From NCBI GenBank assembly GCA_037142195.1, contig JBAXBA010000065.1:1-22018 (forward strand): a stretch of DNA of 22,018 bases, in the 5' to 3' direction. Below, piece by piece: positions 1 to 8,273 of the stretch. Below the pieces are notes generated by a model. The model saw only the letters and a program-made list of their open reading frames with translations, was not told the origin of the DNA and did not search any database. The stretch's first letter is position 1. Each line of letters begins with the position of its first letter. The DNA is from Pseudomonadota bacterium. GTDB taxonomy: Bacteria > Bdellovibrionota_B > Oligoflexia > Oligoflexales > CAIMVM01. The position numbers and the translations under genes were made by a program.

Positions 1-117
1 GGGGGGGAGGCTGCAACCACCAGAGACAATTGACAGTTCTTGTTTAAAAAACCGGTTCTTATGGTTCCAAGTTGCTGTGCCGACAAAAAAGCCGTCTATG
101 ATTTAAGGGGAAACTAT

Positions 118-2028
118 TTGAAAAGTAGAAGCTTATATATACACCTCATGGCGGGAATTTTCCTTGTATCAAGCGGCTGTTCATTAGTTGTCCCAAATAA
201 CAGGAAAAATTCTGGGCAGAAGTCCAGTTTAACCGGTTTGAATTCGACTCCATCTGAAAAAGATCCCGCTTCAGGCGCCTATAGATTTCCTCTCAAAAAC
301 ACTCAGTTTGGTGTCGCACTTGTCAGTATGCGCTACAACCCTTTCGGGCCTTTGTCAGCGGAGACCCTCCCAGAAGGGGCGTCTGACATGCGCCATTTAG
401 GGTTCAAAACCCTTAAGATATGGGCCGATGCTGAGGTCATGGATAGAGCATTTTCGGGCTATAAGCCAAGCGACATTGCTCAGGTTCGTACTATTACCGA
501 CCTACTTAAATTAAAAGAATATCAAGCTACGTTAGCTTTGAATTTTGAAGCTTTTTTTATTCATGCTGATGCACCAACAGGTGAGGGCAATGTTTGGGAT
601 CTTAATCTAAATCAGCCGCTCACTGCAAAGATGAAAGATAACATTTATAAAAATATATTTGATGTAACAACTTATCTTTTAAAAACCTATGCGAACTCAG
701 GAAAGATATTTGTTTTGCAGAATCACGAAGGCGATTGGCACATAATGAAAACACCTAGCTCTTCTACATTGATAGAAAAGCAGCAAATGGAAAATATGCG
801 CACCTATTTAACGCTCCGACAAGAAGCGGTGAATGCAGCCAGGCGTGAGAGTGTAGAAAAAGGTGTTTTTGTTTACCATGCATGCGAAGTAGTTCGGGTC
901 TATCCTTCGGCGGTTTCAAAGGTAAATTCCATAGCAAGTGATATTCTCCCCGATTTAAGTTGTGATTTGGTTGGATATTCAGCATATGAAACAACCCTAG
1001 AGTCTAAAGAAAAATTTGAACTGACATGGAACTACTTGAAGAAACAAACTAAGCCAAGCTTTGCATTTGGTGACAATAACGTTGCCATTACCGAAATCGG
1101 ACTTCCCGAGCGCAAGTCGCCCTCGCAATTAAAACCAATAGTGGATTCTATTCAATGGGGTGTCTCTAAGAATCTACCATTTATTCTTTATTGGACGGGC
1201 TATGATAACGGCTGTACTCCAAGTGCGCCAAATATGTTTAGATCCACAGATGCTGAAATGTGCGAGGGTTTTTGGATTCGAAAACCTGATAGAAAGCTTG
1301 GAGTTGTTTACAAAGAAATGGCCCACTTTCTCGAAGATGAAACCCATGAAGACTTCATTGTGAGGTCCTACCAAAAACACCTTGGGCGCGAGCCTTCGGC
1401 GCCCGAAATCGCCTCTAGTTTAACACTGATTCGAGATCAAGGTCGTCCGGCTTTAGAAGAAAGCATTGGAAATAGCCCTGAGGCTGTGAATTATTTCGCT
1501 TTGAGACTTTACCAACGTTTTTCTGGTCGCGTTCCAGATCCGGCAGGCTTGGAGTATTGGAAGAACATTCTGACGACAGATAAAAACTGGGGCCGCGTAA
1601 GCGAAGACTTTATAAGCTCCCTAGCTCTCGCTCCTTCGGTGGATACCACCAAGAATGACTCATCTTCGAGTGCTGGGGCACAGACGCAAAATATGGTTTC
1701 CTATGTCGTTGGTTCATGGTTTAGCGGATATTTAGGGAGGTCGCCTGATAAGGATGGACTGGCTTTTTGGGTGAACCAGCTTACAGTCGGGGTGGGTTGT
1801 AAGGCGACTGCGCTTTCATTTCTGGAGGCAGTCCATTTTGGGGCAGAAAGCGATATCTCCCTAACTGACGACGATTTTGTCAAGCGCCTCTATTCGGGCT
1901 TTTTGGGCCGCGCTTCAGACCCAGCAGGTTATGCCTTTTGGAGGCAGAGGTTGTCTGAGGGTATAGATCGAAGACAAGTAGCTCTTTCATTTTTTGACAA
2001 AAACGAATTTCAATTACGGTGCCCGTAA
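118..2028 (+). CDS. Putative lipoprotein with a clan GH-A-like TIM-barrel domain and C-terminal DUF4214 repeats
   Basis: The TTG at 118 follows RBS AAGGGG (105-110) and gives signal MKSRSLYIHLMAGIFLVSSG-C (lipobox-like); the ORF-track start at 40 is probably too long. Motifs FVLQNHEGDW and VAITEIG resemble the GH-A acid/base and nucleophile Glu. Four LY..LGR.PD..G..W-type repeats end in RRQVALSFFDKNEF, typical of DUF4214. Confidence 0.75.
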   Translation: MKSRSLYIHLMAGIFLVSSGCSLVVPNNRKNSGQKSSLTGLNSTPSEKDPASGAYRFPLKNTQFGVALVSMRYNPFGPLSAETLPEGASDMRHLGFKTLKIWADAEVMDRAFSGYKPSDIAQVRTITDLLKLKEYQATLALNFEAFFIHADAPTGEGNVWDLNLNQPLTAKMKDNIYKNIFDVTTYLLKTYANSGKIFVLQNHEGDWHIMKTPSSSTLIEKQQMENMRTYLTLRQEAVNAARRESVEKGVFVYHACEVVRVYPSAVSKVNSIASDILPDLSCDLVGYSAYETTLESKEKFELTWNYLKKQTKPSFAFGDNNVAITEIGLPERKSPSQLKPIVDSIQWGVSKNLPFILYWTGYDNGCTPSAPNMFRSTDAEMCEGFWIRKPDRKLGVVYKEMAHFLEDETHEDFIVRSYQKHLGREPSAPEIASSLTLIRDQGRPALEESIGNSPEAVNYFALRLYQRFSGRVPDPAGLEYWKNILTTDKNWGRVSEDFISSLALAPSVDTTKNDSSSSAGAQTQNMVSYVVGSWFSGYLGRSPDKDGLAFWVNQLTVGVGCKATALSFLEAVHFGAESDISLTDDDFVKRLYSGFLGRASDPAGYAFWRQRLSEGIDRRQVALSFFDKNEFQLRCP

Positions 2029-2655
2029 TGGGAATCCTTTGCTTCCCTTAGGCATCCAAAGGACATCGTTTTAGATTTTATAAAACGACCGAGAAAGCGC
2101 CGAAGGCACATGGTGGCGGGGTCCTACATTTTATTGTTAAAAGACTCATGTTTCGCAATTGTTGGCTCATCATAGAAGTCTCGGGTTGCAGGCGTTAGGC
2201 GCATCTGAATCGGAGTTGATGTTAATTTTTTTTAGAAAAACACAAATTCAAATCCTGTTCCAGTTGGCAAAGAATGCAAAGAACTTGTCGTCACAAAACA
2301 AGAGGCGTGTCCTTTAATCCTATGCCCGAGAATGGTCCTACTTATCAGAATCCTGCTGAACGAGACCATCTACTGAGAAGGTGAACAGCAGAAAGATTTT
2401 GTTTTGTTTCGCGCCATCCCAAGCGGGATTCAAAAACTAAAAGCGCTTTTGTGGTGTGAAACGACATCTTTAGGAAAGAGTGCGTTTGTTAACCGAAATG
2501 AGGTTTTGGGTAAAAAGGCTTGAAAAAACAAATATAACCTAGAGTTGGAATTCAGATGATGTCTTTATTCGAAGAGTTTTGCAAATTTAGCAAATAGGAA
2601 AATTAGGGTGAAATTACGATTTTTTAGAGAATAGAGTAGAATAAGAGGTGTGCAC

Positions 2656-2731
2656 TGGTGGAGATAAGCGGATTCGAACCGCTGGCCTTCTGCGTGCAAG
2701 GCAGACGCTCTACCAACTGAGCTATATCCCC
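2656..2731 (-). tRNA. tRNA-Ala (UGC)
   Basis: Reverse complement is GGGGATATAGCTCAGTTGGTAGAGCGTCTGCCTTGCACGCAGAAGGCCAGCGGTTCGAATCCGCTTATCTCCACCA: 76 nt, anticodon TGC, G3:U70 Ala identity pair, TTCGAAT T-loop, encoded CCA. Confidence 0.98.
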
Positions 2732-2838
2732 AAGTGCAGAAGGAAATTGCCTGAAAAATTACTTCTGTGCAAGTAAGAAATTCGAGAATCTTAAGTTCTT
2801 TCCTTTTTTTTTTAACTCTCTGAGATGTAGGGGGAAAT

Positions 2839-4425
2839 ATGGCGAAGATAGAGTGTCGGAAGTCAGTCGCAGCTGCTCTGATTTTAATCTCTTTAGGGTG
2901 CGGCAGCAAAAAAGGCAACTCTCCGGTGACGCCAAACCGCGACAGCTCGGCTCTGCAGACCAGAATTGAGCTCTTGTCGGCAAAAAGCAAGGTTCCTAGT
3001 CGCATGCTTTTGGCTGTGGCTTGGATGGAGTCTGGAATCAACACCAAAAAAGCATCGGTTGTCGGTCCAGATGCGAATCAGACAAGTGGATTTTTAGTGG
3101 GTGAGACGGCTTTTGGTATCGACAGAAAAACCTTAGGACTTGCGGACGATAAGACCTCAGATGATCTCGAATACCAGGCTGAAAGATGGACGAATTTTGT
3201 GAATCTGAGACTTTCGGAGGCGGATGTTAAGCTTGCACCCACCCCGAGCACTCTTGAGGAAAAACTGCGTTGGATTTGGGAACTCTCCCAAATTCATCGT
3301 GCGGGTACCAAGGCGCGCTCGGACATCCGCTCCTTGTTTGCTAAAGAGCTTATTAATACACTTAATAATGGCTTTCTTTGGGGATCGGAAGCAGGAGACA
3401 TCTTGCGCCTTCCCCCAGAAAATCCCAAAATAGACCTCGCCAATCTCCCGCCAGCCTATAAAGAGCTCCTGGCACTAGAAACAAGCAATCGCTCCGATAG
3501 TCCTAATGCCGACTTTTTACCGTTGGTTTCAGTCATTGGTGAGGATGGCAATAAGCCCGATCATGTGGAAATCATCCAATGCCCCTTTTCTCTATCGGCA
3601 TGTCTTGAGCTGCAGGTTCCCAAAGGGGACAATCCTTTCCGTCTTGAGGCGCACTATGTCATCCCCCAAGATAGGTCGCTACTTAAGGGTCCCGTGCAAA
3701 TTACCAGACACACCCAAGCTGTTCGATTAAGTGCCAGCGATGGCACAGAAAGGAAGGTAGACAATGGCATTGTGATCATGCTTGTGGGCTCAAGCGGCCG
3801 CCTCGAAAAAGGCATTCGAACTGAGGTCAATCCAAGTTGGCTTACCAAACGCCAGCTTCTAGATTTGTCGGTCATTGTCGAAGACGTCTGCAGTGCGATT
3901 GGTGCAGGAGATCCTGAAAAAGAAGCTAAATGTATGAAAATCCCCCTCGACCGAGCGCCAGATCCCCATGAAATCCATGTGCAAGGAACCGGCACCCTCT
4001 TAAACTGGGGGGATGTCCCAGATTTCGATCCCATGATATTTTCGGCCTATTTTGCCAATCCGGGTAACGATCTTCCGGGTGGCCTCAGCCTTTCTGCGTC
4101 GTCAGTGGAGGTCAAAGCAGGTGAGCCGATCACGATGCAGGCCCTCTTTACAGACAGGGTCCGTCAAATCGTTTTTGAGCGAATGGTTCGTTGCCCGGAT
4201 CATTCAATCGCTTGGACCAAAGTGAGTGAGTCGCAAATCCGATATTCCACGAAATTCTCTGACCAGTTTCAGATATGGGATGCGGGCCCCAATAATAACG
4301 GCAGTCATTTTATAAGAGCCAAAGCTTATGGCAAAGAAGGACTTCTAGGCTGGGACGTACTTAAAGTTTTTACCACGGGTTATGATCGTGACTATGCCGA
4401 TGTGGTGGAAGATTGCCGAAAATAG
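2839..4425 (+). CDS. Lipoprotein with an SLT/lysozyme-like N-terminal region, a degenerate Amidase_2-like domain and a beta-rich (Ig-like) C-terminus
   Basis: RBS AGGGGG, lipobox LISLG-C and SLT-like VPSRMLLAVAWMESG. Amidase_2-like blocks occur in canonical order (HVEIIQC, EAHYVI, PVQI, GIVIMLVG, LTKRQL, IPLDR) but lack the catalytic residues. Confidence 0.7.
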   Translation: MAKIECRKSVAAALILISLGCGSKKGNSPVTPNRDSSALQTRIELLSAKSKVPSRMLLAVAWMESGINTKKASVVGPDANQTSGFLVGETAFGIDRKTLGLADDKTSDDLEYQAERWTNFVNLRLSEADVKLAPTPSTLEEKLRWIWELSQIHRAGTKARSDIRSLFAKELINTLNNGFLWGSEAGDILRLPPENPKIDLANLPPAYKELLALETSNRSDSPNADFLPLVSVIGEDGNKPDHVEIIQCPFSLSACLELQVPKGDNPFRLEAHYVIPQDRSLLKGPVQITRHTQAVRLSASDGTERKVDNGIVIMLVGSSGRLEKGIRTEVNPSWLTKRQLLDLSVIVEDVCSAIGAGDPEKEAKCMKIPLDRAPDPHEIHVQGTGTLLNWGDVPDFDPMIFSAYFANPGNDLPGGLSLSASSVEVKAGEPITMQALFTDRVRQIVFERMVRCPDHSIAWTKVSESQIRYSTKFSDQFQIWDAGPNNNGSHFIRAKAYGKEGLLGWDVLKVFTTGYDRDYADVVEDCRK

Positions 4426-4445
4426 CCAGCGCTAGTCTAGGAAGG

Positions 4446-4799
4446 CTAGGGCCATCCTAAATACTTGTTAGAAACCGGATCATCTTTGGGTTCATAAATG
4501 ACACCATCACGAATGATCCGGTCTCGTACTGAGACGTCTGTATAGTTGACGAATGTCGTTTCCCCGTCCTCTTTGCTGAGTTGAAGTACGTTTGGATTTT
4601 TCCAGCTAATATACTTCACGGAGTAATCAGAGTTTTCTACCCAGTCCTCGCTTTTACTTTGCTTTAGTTCTACGACGTCTGTTGGTAAAATATCATGGAG
4701 CTTTTCAGGAGGCGTTCGAACAATTTTCTTCACTTCGCCAGCCTGGTCTTTATACCAAACCGTGTAGCGATTTCGTGGAAATTGGATCGAATTGCTCAT
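4446..4799 (-). CDS. Hypothetical protein (117 aa)
   Basis: ATG preceded by AGGAG, protein-like composition, fills the gap between the flanking genes. No family recognised. Confidence 0.75.
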   Translation of the reverse strand: MSNSIQFPRNRYTVWYKDQAGEVKKIVRTPPEKLHDILPTDVVELKQSKSEDWVENSDYSVKYISWKNPNVLQLSKEDGETTFVNYTDVSVRDRIIRDGVIYEPKDDPVSNKYLGWP

Positions 4800-4857
4800 T
4801 TCGGGCTCCTGAAGGACAGCCTGTTTTCGTCATGAATCCTAATTTCTTTATTGAGTT

Positions 4858-4886
4858 TTGTTATAAAATTGATTTAATTGTATGAT
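4858..4886 (+). promoter_or_regulatory. Candidate sigma70 promoter of hpt
   Basis: TTGTTA-17 nt-TATGAT just upstream of the AGGAG RBS. The region is AT-rich, so a chance match is possible. Confidence 0.4.
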
Positions 4887-4900
4887 ATTAGGAGTTTGCC

Positions 4901-5431
4901 ATGAGCTACGCAGATCAAAAAGTACGGGTTTATCTCACCTCTGAGCAACTATCGGCGAGAGTTAAAGCCCTAGGAGAAAAGATTACCGCCGATCTTCGTG
5001 GAAAGCCGCTCGTAGTGATTTCCATTATGAAAGGGGGCGCCCTGTTTGCCGCTGATTTAGTCAGGCACATTGATTTGCCCATGGAAATGGAATATCTCTA
5101 CGCCCGCAGCTATTCTGGGAGCAAAAGTACGGGAATTGTGGAAGTCGAACGCATTCCGCGCCTGGATTTAAAAGGCAAAAATCTTCTGTTAATTGAGGAT
5201 ATCATTGATACGGGGCTCACCATGGACACCATCAAGGTAGAGATGGCTAAACTTGGTCCCGAACGAGTTCTACTTAGCAGCATGCTTTCAAAGCCTGCAA
5301 GGAGAGTCGTCGAGATATCCATCGATTATTTAGGCTTTGAAATACCGGATGAGTTTGTCGTGGGATATGGGCTAGATTATAACGAAGACTATAGAAATTT
5401 GCCTTATATTGGCATCTATTCCGAAACCTAA
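4901..5431 (+). CDS. hpt: Hypoxanthine(-guanine) phosphoribosyltransferase
   Basis: PRPP-binding LLIEDIIDTGLT, plus MKGG, RSY and EFVVGYGLDYNEDYRNLPYI; RBS AGGAG. Confidence 0.97.
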   Translation: MSYADQKVRVYLTSEQLSARVKALGEKITADLRGKPLVVISIMKGGALFAADLVRHIDLPMEMEYLYARSYSGSKSTGIVEVERIPRLDLKGKNLLLIEDIIDTGLTMDTIKVEMAKLGPERVLLSSMLSKPARRVVEISIDYLGFEIPDEFVVGYGLDYNEDYRNLPYIGIYSET

Positions 5432-5442
5432 GTCAAATAGAT

Positions 5443-5652
5443 TTACTTCTTTTCTAAACTCTTCAAATCCTGCATCAGTCGATTGATGCGATCGAGGCTA
5501 GATTTGATTTTTTGAAGTCTTTCTGGAAGCGTCCCCGAGGCCTCATTGCCATCCTGAGTGGTTCCTAAAGGCTTTCGGCTGCCCGAAAAAGACTCATGGG
5601 CTATTTTTTTGTTTCTAAACGATGCTAAATCCACAACAGTTGCCTTCGACAT
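5443..5652 (-). CDS. Small hypothetical protein (69 aa) with a C-terminal coiled coil
   Basis: RBS GGGGA. N-terminal VVDLASFR motif and amphipathic helix LPERLQKIKSSLDRINRLMQDLK. Confidence 0.75.
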   Translation of the reverse strand: MSKATVVDLASFRNKKIAHESFSGSRKPLGTTQDGNEASGTLPERLQKIKSSLDRINRLMQDLKSLEKK

Positions 5653-5692
5653 TTAAATCCCCCAGTATTAGCAAATGATTTACAATAAAAAC

Positions 5693-5905
5693 TTAATCTT
5701 TGATGTTATAGGTACGTAGAACCGATTTGTTCGCTTTTAGACGTTCTTGTCTCATTCTTTCCGCATTTTCTACATTCTTCTTCATACTATTTAGGAAACT
5801 TTCGGCAGACTGTTCTGCATCTAATTCCTTAGGAACGTTGACATGAGAAGGAACTGTTTTCTTGGCTCCAAACAATGAGACAACATTGGTGGCTTCCTTT
5901 TTCAT
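5693..5905 (-). CDS. Small hypothetical protein (70 aa)
   Basis: RBS AAGGAG. N-terminal NVVSLFG motif and charged C-terminal helix; first gene after a sigma54 motif. Confidence 0.8.
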   Translation of the reverse strand: MKKEATNVVSLFGAKKTVPSHVNVPKELDAEQSAESFLNSMKKNVENAERMRQERLKANKSVLRTYNIKD

Positions 5906-5976
5906 CGTGACTCCTTTTCTCTGTCAAGTGACTTGTCTTTCATCAGATGGGCCGTTCCCAACTGTCATACTCTATC

Positions 5977-5993
5977 TTCAAGCCTCGTGCCAA
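5977..5993 (-). promoter_or_regulatory. Sigma54 (-24/-12) promoter
   Basis: The minus strand reads TTGGCACGAGGCTTGAA against consensus YTGGCACG-N4-TTGCW. Spacing is exact, with one mismatch (GA for GC at -12), about 70 nt upstream of the 5905 start. Confidence 0.7.
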
Positions 5994-6017
5994 CAGGAAA
6001 ACTCTCATCATATGGCG

Positions 6018-6030
6018 TAAGATACTGATA
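6018..6030 (-). promoter_or_regulatory. Candidate IHF binding site
   Basis: Minus-strand TATCAGTATCTTA fits WATCAR-N4-TTR and lies just upstream of the -24 element, where IHF sites sit in sigma54 promoters. Confidence 0.45.
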
Positions 6031-6392
6031 CTTAATAGGTATTTAAAATATGGCCAGAAGTAATGCGACTCTTGCTGTTAGGTCTCTTGACACTTTCCCT
6101 GAAAACTCGACAAGGTAAGTTCAGGGGGTTGATTATAGATTTTTCTATTTATTTTCAGGCTCTTAGCCTCTCCGATAGCAAGGATCTTAGCAGTTTTAGA
6201 GGGGTTTCCGGTGGGCTCTCACGGACCAAACCGACGGCCCTCCCGGCAAACATCAGAGAAAACCGTCAAAAAAAAGCTCCAAATGGAGCAAAATCTTCGG
6301 CCAAGATGCTTCACAGGGGCCCCAAAAGGGCCCCCAATAGAAGACCTGCAAATGAATAGGTGCGCTTTGAGCGGAAGCAAAAGGCCTAGGAA

Positions 6393-6827
6393 TTAAAGCT
6401 TAGCATCAATCATCTTTTGAAAGCCTTCAAACATTGCGGGAAGGCTAGACTCAGTCACTTTTTTTACGACCATCGAAGGCACCAGGCCTTTGAAGTCTAC
6501 ATCGAGATGGTATTCTGCCTTGGTTTTATTCTTTCCTGCCGAAGACAGCTTCCACTTGCCCTGGTTTGACTTCATAAGGTTGGAATCTACCAGCTTCCAA
6601 CTAATTTCATCAGGCTCTCCATGATACATATCTAGAACATAGAAGAATGTTTTTACGATATTTAATTCATAGCGTACGGAAACGGCCGCTTTAGGGTCCT
6701 TGGGTGGTAAGAGCTCGACTTTTAAAACCCCGGGCAAGTATTCCGGATAGTGTTCATAGTTTGCGATTGCCTTAAAACAGGCCGTTTGACTTCCTGAAAA
6801 TATGTGCTCTTTTGTAACACTTGCCAT
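6393..6827 (-). CDS. SRPBCC / polyketide cyclase-dehydrase (START-like, CoQ10/RatA-related) protein
   Basis: IANYEHYPEYLPGV..VE, ISWKLVDS, NQGKWKL and a C-terminal helix; 144 aa single domain. Confidence 0.88.
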   Translation of the reverse strand: MASVTKEHIFSGSQTACFKAIANYEHYPEYLPGVLKVELLPPKDPKAAVSVRYELNIVKTFFYVLDMYHGEPDEISWKLVDSNLMKSNQGKWKLSSAGKNKTKAEYHLDVDFKGLVPSMVVKKVTESSLPAMFEGFQKMIDAKL

Positions 6828-6920
6828 AATTTTCCCAATAGCGATTAATTGATTTAAGATTTACTATTACTACTCTATACTCAAAAAAGCGATATTGATT
6901 TCTACGAAGGAAAAATTCTA

Positions 6921-7184
6921 ATGGCTGAACAAAGTGGACAAGACCCTTCCATGAAAGAACTTGTAGAGTTTATTTCAAAAGCATTGGTGGATACTGTCGA
7001 TCGAATTGAGATTAATGAAATCCAAGGCAACCAAACAAATATAATCGAACTTAAAGTAGCAAAAGAAGATATTGGAAAAGTGATTGGCAGAAACGGCAGA
7101 ACCGCGGATGCTATTCGAACTATTTTAAACTGTGCGGCAGCTAAAGTCCAAAAGCGGTATATACTTCAGATACTTGATGAGTGA
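6921..7184 (+). CDS. khpA: Single KH-domain RNA-binding protein, KhpA family
   Basis: MKELVEFISKALVD and ELKVAKEDIGKVIGRNGRTADAIRTIL (GxxG loop); RBS AAGGA. Confidence 0.93.
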   Translation: MAEQSGQDPSMKELVEFISKALVDTVDRIEINEIQGNQTNIIELKVAKEDIGKVIGRNGRTADAIRTILNCAAAKVQKRYILQILDE

Positions 7185-8181
7185 TCCAATGAATCAACTT
7201 GCAGCAGCCGTGATTGCTGGTTCTCTTGAAGGAAAAGAGCTTACCAGAGACGAAATTAAGTTTATGGAGTCCATGCCCCACGCTGGCTTGACGATTTTTG
7301 GTAGAAATATCGACCAAGATCATCATGAGGCTCTATCTTCACTCTGTCAAAAGATTCAAAATGGTTCGTCTCTGCGCCGATTGATTATGATTGATCAAGA
7401 AGGTGGGCGAGTAGCTCGCTTAAAGGCGAACTTCCCCAATCCAGGCGCATCGTTAGACCTAGAGGAAGGCTCTGATTCCAGTGAGTCTCTTACTAGAATC
7501 CGCTCCTATGGCCAAACCGTCGGGTACGCTCTTCGAGAGCTTGGTATCAATGTAAACTTCGCACCAGTCGCAGATATTTTGACGGAACCTACAAATACTG
7601 CCATTGGCAATCGGGTTTGGGGAGTGGAGGCACTTCCTGCTTTGAACAGGTCCCGTGCTTGGCTAGAGGGTTTGCAGTCTACAGGCATTTTGGGGTGTAT
7701 CAAACACTTCCCTGGGCAAGGCGATGCTAAGTTAGATACTCATTTAAGCGAAGCCGTCATTGATTTGCCGGCATCGGTTCTTGAGTCAAGGGAGCTTGTG
7801 CCGTTTCGAGGTTTAATGGGAATTTCTCCCATGGTCATGATTTCCCACTGTATCTATCCGGCCTATGACACGAAGCCTGCTTCTCTTTCTAAAGTGATTA
7901 TGAGTGACCTACTTCGTCGTCAAATGGGCTTCGAAGGTGTGATTGTTTCTGACGACATGACGATGGGAGCCATCCCAGCAGATGAGAAGTCTTGGGGTGA
8001 AGCCATTGTGACAGCCATAGCCCATGGCGCTGATTTAATATTAGTCTGCCAAAAATTAGAGCTTTGGCGTGTTGCCATACAATTCGTAAGTGAAGAAGCT
8101 AAGAAGTCAAAAGCATTTGCGGAAATATTAACTTCTGCTGCCCATAGAGTTTCCAAGATGCGGGAACGACTGGCTTGCTGA
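7177..8181 (+). CDS. nagZ: Beta-N-acetylhexosaminidase (GH3, NagZ type)
   Basis: Motifs IDQEGGRV, NFAPVAD, KHFPGQGDAKLDTH and SDDMTM. Start most likely ATG 7177 (overlapping the khpA end) or 7189, not 7132. Confidence 0.9.
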   Translation: MSDPMNQLAAAVIAGSLEGKELTRDEIKFMESMPHAGLTIFGRNIDQDHHEALSSLCQKIQNGSSLRRLIMIDQEGGRVARLKANFPNPGASLDLEEGSDSSESLTRIRSYGQTVGYALRELGINVNFAPVADILTEPTNTAIGNRVWGVEALPALNRSRAWLEGLQSTGILGCIKHFPGQGDAKLDTHLSEAVIDLPASVLESRELVPFRGLMGISPMVMISHCIYPAYDTKPASLSKVIMSDLLRRQMGFEGVIVSDDMTMGAIPADEKSWGEAIVTAIAHGADLILVCQKLELWRVAIQFVSEEAKKSKAFAEILTSAAHRVSKMRERLAC

Positions 8182-8273
8182 TGGAACTTACGGATAGGTT
8201 TTTTTTAAAAAATACTATCAGTCTTTAAAAAGCCTAAAATCAATAATTCTAACTTTTTAAAAACAATCCGTAC

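Noticed and set aside
2097..2110. GCGCCGAAGGCACA resembling the glycine riboswitch core
   Set aside because: The flanking GGAGA and CTCAGG elements are absent and there is no downstream gene on this strand.
2341..2400. CTTATCAGA start resembling a SAM-I riboswitch
   Set aside because: No GAGGGA/GCAACC core, no closing GATAA strand and no regulated gene.
2565..3047. 160-aa minus-strand ORF (and 2759-2983)
   Set aside because: It runs through the tRNA and is antisense to the lipoprotein gene; a shadow ORF.
6063..6396. Plus-strand ORFs 6063-6359 and 6211-6396, and GC hairpin 6316-6334
   Set aside because: The ORFs lack an RBS and look non-protein-like. The hairpin GGGGCCC/GGGCCCC has no U-tract on either strand, so it is not called as a terminator.
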